Of a stretch of 64,000 nt of DNA, positions 38,210-50,927 are shown piece after piece. Numbering within the stretch: position 1 is the first letter of the stretch; each line of letters begins with the position of its first letter. The notes beneath the pieces were generated by a model. The model saw only the letters and a list, made by a program, of their open reading frames with translations, searched no databases and was not told where the DNA came from. The DNA comes from Callorhinchus milii (taxonomy: Eukaryota). The stretch spans positions 69,132,001 through 69,196,000 of the forward strand of contig NW_024704743.1 of the NCBI RefSeq assembly GCF_018977255.1, in the 5' to 3' direction. Made by a program: the position numbers and the translations under genes.

Positions 38210-38973
38210 TCTCCTTTGCACCCTCTCCAATGCCTTGATATCCTTCCTAAAGTGTAGTGCCCAGAACTGATATGCAACAACGTTGTTTCACTTGAATCAA
38301 TGTGAACTAACCAAATCGGACACCAAGTATTTTAACCTCCCATTCCCTTCCTTTTTCTTCCCTGATCCTCTGCCCCTTCACTGATTGACAGCCCAACTCC
38401 AGTCGCTTGTGAATGGCTGGAGTCCACTGTCACATTCTGAGACCCCTCCCATCTCCTGGTGATAGGGCTTGAGGAGGTCACAGAGGTAGGATGGGGCTAA
38501 ACCGTGAGGGGATTTAAAGATAAATATGCAGATCTTAATCTCAATTTTCTGGATAGCAAATATGTATATAAATGTAAAGCCGCTCATTGAGTAGTGGGAA
38601 AAGATTGTTTCGATGGAGAGTAGGAAGGATGCCCAGCATTCAGAAATAGAGGCGACCAAATGAGAAGGTAATGGCCACAATAACCGGTCTCTGAGACTTA
38701 GATAATCATGCAAAAGGTCTGAATAAAGCCAAGTGGCCATAAACAGAACGCTGGAGTACCATTTCACATACAAACCCCTCCCCTCCCATTTTCATTTCCT
38801 AATTTTAATTTTATCTTGTTTCTCCAGTATAGAGATTTGTATTATTCATGCGTGTGCAATAGGACCTCGGTTCATTAGGAAAAAAACAACCTGGTCAATT
38901 ATTAGTTCTGTGCATTGTTATTATTAATGGAACATTTTGGGATAAACAACACCACCACCAAAGTGTTTTATAA

Positions 38974-39569
38974 AGGTTATGATGAACCTTTATAAAACAC
39001 TGGTTAGCCCTCAACTAGAGTACTGTGTACAGTTCTGGGCACCACACTTTAGGAAGGATGTCAAGGCATTGGAGAGTTTGCAAAGGAGATTTACCAGGAT
39101 GGTACCAGGAATGAGGGACTTCAGTTATCAGGAGAGGCTAGAGAAGCTAGGATTATTCTCCTTGGGGCAGAGAAGTTAAAGAGGAGACTTAATAGAAGTT
39201 TTCAAAATGATGAGGGGATTCGATAGGATGAACAAGAAGAAACTATTTCCACTGGTGGGTTGGTCTGTAACCCAAGGGCACCGATTTAAAATAGTTGTTA
39301 AAATAGAGGGGAGGTGAAGAGAATTTTTTTCACACAGCGAGTTATTCAGATCTGTAATGCATTGCCTGAAAGGATGGTGGAAGCCGATTCGACAACAACT
39401 TTTAAAAGAGTAGATAATTATTTGGGGATGACAAGTTTGTAGGGGTATGGGGAGAAAGCGGGGGAATGGGATTGAATTGGATAGTTCTTTTCAAAGAGCC
39501 GCCACAGACACAATGGGCCAAATGGCCTCCTTCTGTGCTGTATAATTCTATGAATCTACGATTCTATGA
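38974..39569 (+). mobile_element. CR1 LINE 3' end
   Basis: LYKTLVSPQLEYCVQFWAPHFRKDVKALESLQRRFTRMVPGMRDFSYQERLEKLGLFSL; ends in (ATTCTATG)-like repeats. Confidence 0.95.
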
Positions 39570-40205
39570 ACAAAAGAATAAAGGGCAAACATTCTGCAGC
39601 AATCTGATAAATACATAGGTAATTGATACATACATTGGAGAAGATTAAATAGAAAGATTACAGCAATGAGTCTGCAAATGCACTGTACACAGAGATAAAG
39701 ATTGGTTTGCCAGACATTAAAGTTCTCATGCTACCACAGAAGAAGGAGAGACTGTAGAGACTTCAGGACTGGGTATGTTGGAGAAAACATTAATTATCTT
39801 ACTGCTATGTTCTTGTAATGACATGCTTTGGAATATAAAATAACATCTGTGTATAGAATAAATTTTTCCAAGTGCAAATATTGCACATGCAAGCACAGGA
39901 CATGCAAGGTGAACCCTACAGTTGTGGCAATGTGTCAATGAACCTCTGCCAGGTTGAGGTCTGTTTCTTTTTAGCCTATCCCTATTCAGTCGTAGTCGGT
40001 ACACCAACAGCCATGTTAATACAGTATTTCTCCACATCTATGTTAAGACCTTGTGTTTTTTAGAAGGGTTTTTGCAATACACCACTAAAAATGAGCTCTC
40101 TGTTTCAGAACCCCCAAATTTTTCTCTGTTACGATCCTCATTTAAGTAAGTATCTAGAACCCCTCTTCCGTATCACATCATATTATTTTCTACCTTCTGC
40201 CATAT

Positions 40206-40353
40206 CAGTTTAAATCCTCCACTACAGCTCAAGCTATTTTCACTGCGAGGAGATCGGTGCTGGCCTCATTCAGGTGTAGCCCATTCAGTCCACACAGCTC
40301 ACTCCTGCCCCAGAACTGGTCTTATGTCCTAAAAATCTAAACGCCTTCCTCTC
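40206..40353 (-). mobile_element. Isolated CR1 ORF1 C-terminal fragment (SGNH esterase-like)
   Basis: Minus strand reads RKAFRFLGHKDQFWGRSELCGLNGLHLNEASTDLLAVKIA*AVVEDLN*, matching the (D)GLHLN motif and typical end of CR1 ORF1. Confidence 0.8.
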
Positions 40354-40910
40354 TGATATCACAGAGCATCAGTAACCAGTGACATTTGATAATCTATGTC
40401 TCCAGAAGCCATCCATATCTTCTACCTTCCCATCTTCAAACAAATTTGGAATTCAAAAGAACCTGAAAATGTATGGAAACAGTTACGAGATGTTAACATC
40501 ATGCTCCTGTATCTCTAATATGGTTCAGGGGGACATTAAAGATCACAAGGCACTGTTTGAAAAGGCAGATTCTCTCAATGTGCTGTCCAACAATCGTCTA
40601 GATAAATTAGTCATTCATCTCATGGCTGTTTGTGGAACTCTGCTATGTGCATGTTGTTCTAACACGTTTGCATCCAAACTGCCTGCAAGAATGGGCAAGT
40701 GTGCCTACAAAAGCAGTCACTACACTTCACAGTAAAAACTGTAAAGTGGTTAATGTATACCAGTTATATTACATGCAAAGATCATTTCGTAATAATAATA
40801 AAAAATAATAAATTCTTGAATATGATGTACTGCCTTCATATCAGGTGTCACTTCAAAGTGCTTCACAGGATTTACTGTAAAATGTAGTGACTGATACCTT
40901 GTAGATGATA

Positions 40911-41323
40911 TAATAATAATATTTGTATTTGATATAACACCTTATCGCGTCTTTGAGACAGCTCAAAGCTGTCAAACAGAATGTACTGTAAAGTGAATTG
41001 ACTGTATATTTTGTGGGAATTTAATATGCACACCAGCACAATCCCATAAACAATCCTCAAGCAAAATAACCAATTTTATCAGGATTGTAGCCAGTATGTC
41101 ATGACAAACTCCCTTCTCTTTTCATGTACTGCCATAGCATCTTGTAACACGTTGGGATCTCAATTTAATGTATCATCGGAAGGCCGCAATCTCTGACAAT
41201 GAAACACACCCCCAGCACTGCTATGGACTGTCAGCTATGTGATTCCAAGTTCCGACGTGGGGCTTGAACCCAAAAATCTTCCAACTCGGAGGTGAGAGTG
41301 CTACCAACTGAGCCAGACTGATA
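40911..41323 (-). mobile_element. Degenerate DeuSINE-like element(s)
   Basis: Tail at 40911-41015; head ggggcttgaaccc...gagagtgctaccaactgagccagactgatac. Confidence 0.75.
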
Positions 41324-44300
41324 CCTAATTATTAAGAGTGACACATGTGAAGTCCTATATTTTCAACTTGGCCAAGTCAACTGGGTGAAGTCCTTTAAGA
41401 TGTCCTCATGAAAGGCACTAGATAAATGTTGTTGTCTATGACCCCTACATTCTTGGAAATCCAGTCGCATGGAAATATTGCTGTTTCCTCAGTTTATGTT
41501 GTTTCTAGGTATGGCTGATAATAATGACCTGACAATGGAATTTAATAAGCCGCAGCTATCAGTTACCCTTGACAGGGTCTGAAAAGTCAAACATGTGAGT
41601 ATTTTTTTTGGTTTGGTGCTGATCAGTTTTGTGCTTATTTTAAATTAGTTGAAATTAGCTGAATTAGTCAAGTTTCATTACAAGGTCACACGTTACAAGG
41701 TGCCCAAGAGTGTATCATTCCTGTGGTATCCACATATCATACTGTATGTACCAAAGATCATTTTCTAACATTTAACCACATTAAAATCCATCTACCATTC
41801 CTCAGCACATTATGTGGTTAGTCCCATTCAATGTCTGGTACTGTCATAGGTAAAGAAACAATAAATACATCAATCCATTAAAAACATCTCCATCAAATTT
41901 CCCACTGAAAACACAAGCATTATATCCACTGGTTTATGCTCCTTGATGAATTTACAATAATCTGTATTCTATAACCATGCTACTAATAATATTAATAATA
42001 ATCCTTGCATTTGATATAGCGCTTTTCATGTCTTCTAGACGTTTCAAAGGGCTTCGCAGAATATACTGTAAATTGAATTGACTGTACATTTGTGGGAGAA
42101 ATGCACCTCAGAGGCCATAATTACCCTTTATGGCCTCTAAAATCTTTAAATTAACATTCTCCTATAAAATGCTTTCAAATATTTTCCCCTGTGCTAATCT
42201 TAGTCTGACTTGTTTGTGATCTCTGATTCTTGTCTGACTCCTTTTAAATAGCAGGATTACATTAGCTATTCTCTAATTGTTAAGGCGGGTCCTTTTATGA
42301 ATCTTTTTCATTTTTTCTGCACCTATATGCATTACCTTATTCACATTAAAATCCACTGACTTCATTAATTCGTATTTGTTGAAAGCTACAGGGCAACCCT
42401 GTCATAATGTTGTTTCTAAAAAAACGCTTTATAATCGGTCTCCATTGACTCACTCAATCCCTCCTCCTTGCCCCCTCCATCCCCAGCTTCAAAGCCTGCC
42501 TAAAGACCTTCCCTTTGGATCATGCTTAAGGTCACCTCCCACCTCCCTCTCCCTTTGGCTTACTGTCAGACTCCGCCACTGTGAAGCGCTCTGGGACGCT
42601 ACTCCGCGTAAAAGGGCGCTATATAAATACAAGTTGTTCTCTCTCGTTTATACATCAAGTTTCCTCTTATTTACTTCACCTAAGGGTCCGAATAATATTG
42701 TGTAAAAAGCAGGGAATTTGGAATAGAGTCTGCGGAACTGTTGTTGTCATTGGTACAAACATTCTTATCCATTCATCATTACCTTCTGGTTTCCAATGAT
42801 AATTTTCAAACCTTCTAATTTATCTTTTTCGTCTTTAAAAGCCTCAGGTGTTGGTTCACTACACAGTTTCTGAAAATTATATTCCGTTTCAATCTATCAA
42901 TTTACAGGAGGTTATGAACGATTGCTTCTAAAATTATGCTGACTACCCACTACAGCTCTTTAAACGAACATTAACGGCTTAATGAAACACATTGAAGTGT
43001 ATTCCCGACTGATGTTAGCCTAGCCAGTCTTTGATGCCCGATTAGTGTCTCATTTCTTTTTTAAAACATCAAGGTTACATTAACGCCAGTTCTAATGTTC
43101 AACTAGTTAAGCCTTTTATTTTAATTGAATGTCCACTGCTCTGTGAGCAACACCCAGGATGCAGCGCTGACAGGAGGAGTCACTCTCAGTGCAATTGAAG
43201 CCTTTCTATTAAAAAGTCTGTTATTTCTAGATTGTTTGTTAGTCATATGTGCAGGATGTAGAACATCATATTATAAATGTAATGAAGTGACACCCTCTGC
43301 ACTTTCACAGCATACCTTGCTTTCATACCTGTTCCCCTCCCTGCCATCCTCCAAAATTCAAACTTAAATAAGAAAGACCAGTTTGCTTTACTTTTTCACA
43401 GTTCTGCTCCCTTAGGCGGTGACTGTTGGAAAAAGCAAGCTGAATGAATACTGCAAGTGCTCCAGGGCATTACCCCGCTTGAAGGGCACTATATAAAAGC
43501 AAGTTGTTGTTTTGTTGTTAATAATAATAATCCTGGCATTTGTTGGTGTTGCAGCAACCAGCAATGCCAAAAGAGTTCATTTGCTAGTGATTTTTTTTTA
43601 TTCAATGATTATTCAGGGATTAAGGGATATGGGGATAAGGCAGGGTTAGGTTATTAGCTGGAGTTAGATTAGAAGATCAGCCATAATTGAATGGCGGGGC
43701 AGGCTCGAAGGGCTGAATGACCTACTCCTGCTCCTACATGTCATGTTATGATAAATATCTGGAATTTTTTGTCAAACAAAAACAATCAAACAAAAACTTC
43801 AGTTATTCCAAATATAATTAGATGCCACAGTGGAGAAAGTAATCTATATTAGATAGATACATTTTGGTGAACCAAATGGCTTTCTCTCAACTCTGACCTA
43901 TCGTGTTTTACCTCAGACACCAAGATGGTCTCTCAGTTCAGCTGAGGAAATTGGTGGACAGTTTAAGTGCTGGCAGTTTACCTTCCTCCTGTGGCTAAAT
44001 CAATAATTTCTGTAATGTTGGAATAAGTGACTATCCTACTATGTTAAATGTTGTCAAATCATGATATCCAGTTTCATTGGTCTATTGCAGCCTCATACGT
44101 CTCAAGGTGCTTCACAGAAGATACTGTAAAGTGAATTGACTATATATTTTGTGGGCGAAATGGGGCTAAAAATTATCTTAAAATTTGATAGATGTAAATG
44201 TATTGTATCCAACTGTAAATACAGCAAATAAATAGTGCAGAGATATCATGATAATTAGATCCTGTGGTCCAGAAGATTTATTTTCTACACATGCTGAGAG

Positions 44301-47011
44301 CAAATCTCTCAGACAGTTGGGGTAATATATTTTGAGCGATAACTTCTGTATTCACATAAATCACAGTCAGTGTACATGATTATTAGCTTGAGGGAAGGAG
44401 CTGGATATGTGTTCAGACTGAAGCTCCAGTTATTCTGTCGACAAGACCATTGCTATGTTAGTATTCCACACTGTTGTATCTCATCGCAATGAGAATCAAG
44501 TTCAATTACAAAAAGTATCAATTATACATCTTTATATACAGTGCACAAACACTCACAATAAATAATTCACCATTTACATTTATCTCAAAGCGTTTGATGC
44601 TGCATAGTGTCAAGCAGTAGAAAAGAAAGTTATTGAGATGTATAGATAGAGAGTCAGAGCCTAAGTCACAGTGTAATACAAACCTTGTAAAGAACACTGC
44701 TCTGGCCAGACCTGAAATACTGTGCAAAATTCTGTGTATAATTTGCCCACAAAATATACAGCCAATTTACTTTACTATGAAGCACTTGGAGACATCTCAA
44801 AGACGTGATAATATGCTATATCAAATGCAAGGATTGTTATTGTTATTATAGTCACCATATTATAGCAAAGATACAGTAATATAGGGAATCAGTGACAAGG
44901 AACATTGTTGTAAGATAGTAACAAGAAGAGCGAAACGTTACGTTACATTTTTCACTCAGAGTTGTTGGGATGTGCAATGTCCAAGTAAGGAGGCAGAACA
45001 GAGTACATTGTGGGATTAGACAGGTATAAAAAGGACAGAGACTTGAAGAGGTATTAAAAATAGAAGGGAGTTTCTCCTGGTGTCCTGGATAAAAATTCCC
45101 CCAAATAAAATTGATTATTCACTTCACTTTGTGGGACATTACTTTGTGCAAATGGGCTGCCACACTCACCTACAAATACACAACCAGTCCACTCCACAGA
45201 AAATCCTGTGAAGCACTTTGAGATGTCCTCACAAATGCGAGGATTATTGTTATTGGGATAAGGCAGGGCAGTGGGATTGAATAAACACCTTGCTCTGGGA
45301 GCCAGTGGGGTCTCGATGGGCTTAATGGCCTCCTTCTGTGCTGTACAGTTCTATGATTTTATGATTCTGTGATATCTTGGTGTTGGAGAGAGTACGGCAA
45401 AGGTAAAGTGATTCATAGCTGGAAATTCACACCTGAAAAATGAGAAGCTCAGAAAATGTTCACTAAAAAAGAAAAGGTTCAGGGAAAATCTTCTTGAAGT
45501 ATTTTAACGGATGTAGTTGAACTAAACCCAAATGATATGCTTAATATGGTCCAAAAAATCTAGAACAAGGGATCAAAGACTCAAGCTCAGAAAAGGGAAG
45601 ATGATCAGACAGATTTAATTACTTTAAGCAGACAATGGTGAACATGTGTAATAGACTGCATGGAGAGATGGTGAAGGCAGATTGTGTCAGCACATTCCAG
45701 AGGGAATTGGACAGTTATCTGGCAAAGAAATTAAAGAAACTGTATTTACCTATTGGTCTTCCAGGATCTCAGATACGGATAATGCAAAGTAGGCGCTCCA
45801 TCACAATCCATTAAAAATTACAAGTCTTATGTTAAAAAAGTTAAAAATATTAATTTAAAAACTTAAAAGCAGTAAAAGCGCTGCAGCTTTTCTAATGATT
45901 GATATCCATGGACAGCAACGTCTGTTTCAGAATGTCACTGTGCCCTTCACAAATTGAATTTGATGTAATAAATTCACACTGTAATATATTTTGTTGCAAT
46001 AAATCAGATTGTACAAATTCAATGTCTCCTTGGACATTCTTGATTTCACTTTCTGACCGGTTAAGATGGTCATCTCACAGAGAGAGACTGGACTGTGTTA
46101 AGACCACGACCCACACAACTCACTGCTTCGCTGCCAGAAATTAAGAGCATGAGGATCCCTGACCACTGGGAAGAGCTCAGCCAGATATTCACAAAACGTC
46201 TACATCATGAATGCAGAAGGAATATTAAAAGGGAGAGGAAGAGAGTGAAGTTATAGTAGGCGATTCAGAAACACACCTGGAGAAAATCACCTAATCAGGC
46301 TTGATGGACTGAATGGCCTGTTCCTCTTCTGTAACGTTCTTCATTTTGTATGATTCTACAACAAAGGTGTTAAAATGCTAAAACATAAACACTGGAGTAA
46401 ATATTTCTGGCATTCCTATCACTGAAGTAACTATTGCTAACTTGCTGTGGCATCACACTCTTCCCCATGTTTGATGTATAAATTTTAGTCCAAATGTGGC
46501 CTCTGAGCTATACTTTTGTTTGATATTTATTTCCTAGAATCGATTTGCCAAAAGAAAATCACAAACCCAAGTTCCCTCAGCTAGAAACTAATATTTTAGC
46601 CTTTGAGTGCACTGCACCGGAGGCACTCCAACAACAACAACAATGACAACTTGCACTTATATAGCACCCTCCAATCAGGGTAGCGTCTCAGAGCGCTTAA
46701 CAGTACCGGAGCCTAACTCCGAGCCGGGGATGGGGTGGGGTGCGGGTAGGCGGCCGTAAGCATGGTCGAAAAGGAAGGTATTCAGGTGGGACTTGAAAAA
46801 GGGGAGAGAGGGGTCAAGGCAGAGGGATTGAATGAGAGTAGCTCCAGCCCTTACTGTATCTTTAATATTTGCAGAGAAACATGCAATAGCCATTAAAACT
46901 GACCTAGAAGTCATGAAGTTTAATAAAGCTCTGTCCATTGCTGCTGTGATCGATAAATTGACAGATACATTGGGAAAAAAAAGTGGGAAGAAGTTTATCT
47001 TTCTGGGAAGT

Positions 47012-47340
47012 TAATAATCCTTACAGTTCTTAAAGTGACTTTCATGTTGGGAGAATATCCTAAAGAGCTTCACAGGATTTACTGTGACTGAGTATTTGTG
47101 GGCAACATAACGATGTCCCACAAACAGCCATGAAGTAAATGACCAATTTTATTTGAGGGATTCCTGGCTAGGACATCGGGAGAAACTTCCTTCTCTTTGC
47201 AAGTAGTGCCTTGGGATCTTTAACATCCAACTGAAGACAGGATCTCAGTTTAATGTCTCATATGAAGGACAGCACCTCAAACAACGCAGCATAATTCGAG
47301 CATTGCATTGGCATGTCATCTCAATGTGGGGCCTGGAACC
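47012..47340 (-). mobile_element. Older DeuSINE-like element, head truncated
   Basis: gtcccacaaacagccatgaa...gtagtgccttgggatctttaacatcca...tctcagtttaatgtctcat. Confidence 0.78.
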
Positions 47341-47754
47341 TCTAAATGACTAATATTCCATCTGTTGAAATCTCTAAATGACTTATATCCCACCTGGTGC
47401 CTCTGAACAACTGTTAATATGTTTATGTCTGCCCTATTTCATTTTGCATCTGATCTTAGTGGTAGGGTATAGATTTGTTTCATCAAGCACTTGAATTCTA
47501 TTTACTTGAACTGATTAACGCAAGTTACTATATCCAGCCTTCAGATACAGAACAGCCATCTAATTTGCAGGCGGTGGGGGGTGGGAGTTGTTAACAGATT
47601 TCTCAATATGGCATGTAATAATCAGATTTCTAAAATGTCAAATGTGAAGAACATATTACATAGTAATGAAAACATTGAATGTGCTGAAGAATGTATTTTC
47701 TATGAAGAAATTAGACCCTGTTAATCTGTTAGAGGCCAGCAATGAATAAATAGC

Positions 47755-47925
47755 ATTCATTTATAATATGTTAAAATGTTTATAATATGTTTATTATATG
47801 TATATACAACATCTATTATTATTAATAATTATAATATAACTTATATATTATATGTATTATAATATATATTGTATGCTTATAATATGCATACAAATAGTTA
47901 ATTTATAATACTTTAACATATGTAA
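47755..47925. repeat. AT-rich low-complexity tract
   Basis: Recurrent ttataatatg/tattat units. Confidence 0.85.
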
Positions 47926-48757
47926 AAAATCTTAAGCCCAATAAAAAAGTCACGGTTATTTAGTACCTATGACACTGATAATTGTTGATATGTACAAGTA
48001 TGAATTAGGGAATGTATGCAATGTATTTATATATTTTAGTCAATCGTTCCCACTGAATTTCAGTGCCATTTCTTCCAAACTCTAATCTTACTTGACAACT
48101 GTGCGATAGAATATAACTTTAATAGATGCGTCATCTTCTGAAATGCCTGGTCTGCAAGCCATAAATGGTCGCAAGTAAATGTCAGACAAATTGGAATATC
48201 AGCGATGGCAGCTGATTTTAAAATAAAGTCATTTGGGAATGTTTCAATATCTCCGATTGCCATAAAATTATTCACTTTATGCATCATTCAATATCAAGAT
48301 CACAAGAAAGTTTATTTCAAATAAAGAAGTCCCTTTGGTCCATCTGATCTTATCTCTCCATAATACCCACCCTACCATCCTACAAAAAAGTTCCTGGAGT
48401 CCGTCCTGAAATGCTAAATCTATGTCCTCTTGCTTTGGTGCATCCCACTGGGTTCCTACTTACTGCTTACAGAGACATGTGGAGGAAGGAAACTTGCCCA
48501 AGATTTCGCACTCAATCAAACCCACACCCTCTCACTTGTGAGGCGAGTGCTCTAACCAATACACTACAGGACTCCTTATTTAATGTTGGAGTAAAGTGAG
48601 GAATAAAATTTGCGGTACTTTTTAAACACAGGCATAAGTAACATTGGAGTAAACAACTAGATAGCAGCATATCTCTCTGCATAACTAGATTCTTCCTTCT
48701 CAGATCCCAACACCCATAATTTGTTTCAATCTAAGGCTGATTGTTGTGTTATAAACA

Positions 48758-49095
48758 TTAATAATAATAATAATAATAATAATCCTTGCATTTGATATAG
48801 CGCTTTTCACGTCGGGAGGACGTCCCAAAGCGCTTCACAGAACACACTGTAAAGTGAATTGACTGTATATTTGTGGGCGAACGCGGCAGCCAATTGCGCA
48901 CAGCAATGTCCCACAAACAGTCGTAGATTGAAAATGACCAATTTATTATTGGTTTTGGGTTTTTTGGAGGGATTATTATTAGGCTCTGTGTGGAGTAAGG
49001 AAACTTGCCCAAGGTTTCGCCCTGACCTGCCTGGAATTGAACTCAGGTCTCTCACTTGCAAAGCGAGTGCTCTAACCACTGAGCTACAGGACTCC
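48758..49095 (-). mobile_element. Full-length tRNA-derived SINE (short form) with an L2-identical tail loop
   Basis: (TAA)n, tttcacgtcgggaggacgtcccaaagcgct, Deu core, head gagctacaggactcc. Confidence 0.94.
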
Positions 49096-50533
49096 ACCTA
49101 TCACAGGACTGATTAAGCCTATCATAGGACTCTAAACGTTTTGGCCAATATTTCCTTCTCAGCTTCGATCTGCCAAAGAGGGACAAAAAACATGCTCTCC
49201 TCTTCCAAAAATGAAGTTTTCATTGATCAGATAAGATAAACTCAAGGGTTCCGAGATACTCATTAAAAGGTAATTTATAGCCCAAATCTGATATCCCTTC
49301 CAGTTCAGGACTTGTGAATGCAACTCCCAGGCTTCCTCCTTCCACTGGGTCACACTTACAGTGACATTGCTCATCAGATCAACCCAACTTTGACGGGGGA
49401 AAAAAAAATTATCCTTCAGAAACATGCCCATAAAATGTGATAAAAATCTGCTTTTATCATCATGGCAAAACAGAGATGGATAGAGTGTGTAGGGTTATAC
49501 CACTAAATTATCAAAGGCCATATGGTGTGAGGCATTAAGTGACAGTGTAATATCTATGCAGTTAGAGGATCAGTGCTACCTAACATTCGAAGACTAGAGT
49601 TCATAGTTAAATGAACAAAGCTCAACTAGGTAAAGGAATCTCCCTCCAATGTGTGTCTAACATTTAGAATTTTTGGCAAAAGAATTACAGTTGAACAGCT
49701 TGATGTTTATTATAATTGACAAAAAAAACAGATTTCATTGCCCTGATCAGAAATAAAATGTAGCTGGAACTGGCAGTGTTCCCTGATATGTGTGAGTGGC
49801 TGCTACTAGCAGCAGTGCAGTCTTAGTGTCACCGCCTGCAGCGCCCAAGGCAATGCCCTGGAATTAGTGAAGCAGTCGCAGACACAAAGGAACTGACAGT
49901 GAGAATAGCAGAAAGGTCAAGAAAGCAGATTTAAAAAAATCCTTTTGTTGGTTGAGAGCTTCCCTCGTATTTTGTCTAATGAAAGCAAGAGGAGGGGTTA
50001 GTTCATCCTATAAATGGAGACAATTTCAACATACCTGAAAAGATAGGTTATGGCTAAAAAAAATGATTCATTGATGCTACATCAGTCAGTTAAGGCCAAA
50101 GTAAGCGGAATGTGTAATGAAATCGAGTATTAGCACACTAACCCTCAGTGACAGATATAGTATTGAGTCCTGCTCTCTTCGCTCCCAACATGAGCTGCAC
50201 AGCTACACTGAGCAGGGAGGTGCCAAGCAAAGACTGCAGGATCTCCCAGAAAGGAGACAAGCCCCAGCCACTGAGTCATTCCTGGACAGTGTCTAGAACT
50301 TCCAGGTGCCTGGCAGAATTTTTTTTTGTTATCCACCAGGTGTCTGACAGATAAAGCCATCACCATGCTTAAGAGTATCCAAACCAAACTGAGAATTCCA
50401 TGTATCCCACCGACACATAGAAATTCCAGATAGATAGCACTCTCTCCCTGCAGGGCTGCATTCTGGTTACCTAATTCCAGAAGTCTTCGGCGCAGGTTGG
50501 AAAGAGCTAAGGCTCGGGGATCCAGAGTGTGTA

Positions 50534-50845
50534 TTAATAATAATAATAATAATAATAATCCTTGCATTTGATATAGCGCTTTTCAAGTCTTCTAGACGTC
50601 TCAAAGCGCTTCACAGAATAGATTGTAAAGTGAATTGACTTGATTTGTGGGCAAAACGCGGCAGCCAATTGTGCACAGCAGTTCCCCACAAACAGTCGTG
50701 GATTGAAATGACCAATTTATTATTGTTTTTTTTGAGGGATTATTATCAGGTGTGTGGAGTAAGGAAACTTGCTCAAGGTTTTGCCCTGCTGGGAATAGAA
50801 CCCAAGTCTCTCGCTTGCAAAGTGAGTGCTCTAACCACTGAGCTA
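50534..50845 (-). mobile_element. tRNA-derived SINE (short form)
   Basis: Anticodon arm ctcgcttgcaaagtgag, Deu core, tail tttcaagtcttctagacgtctcaaagcgct. Confidence 0.92.
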
Positions 50846-50927
50846 ACCACCAGAATCCGTTACTGTGAAGCGCTCTGAGATGCCGTCCGGGGTGGAGGGC
50901 ATTATATAAATCCAAGTTGTTGTTGTT

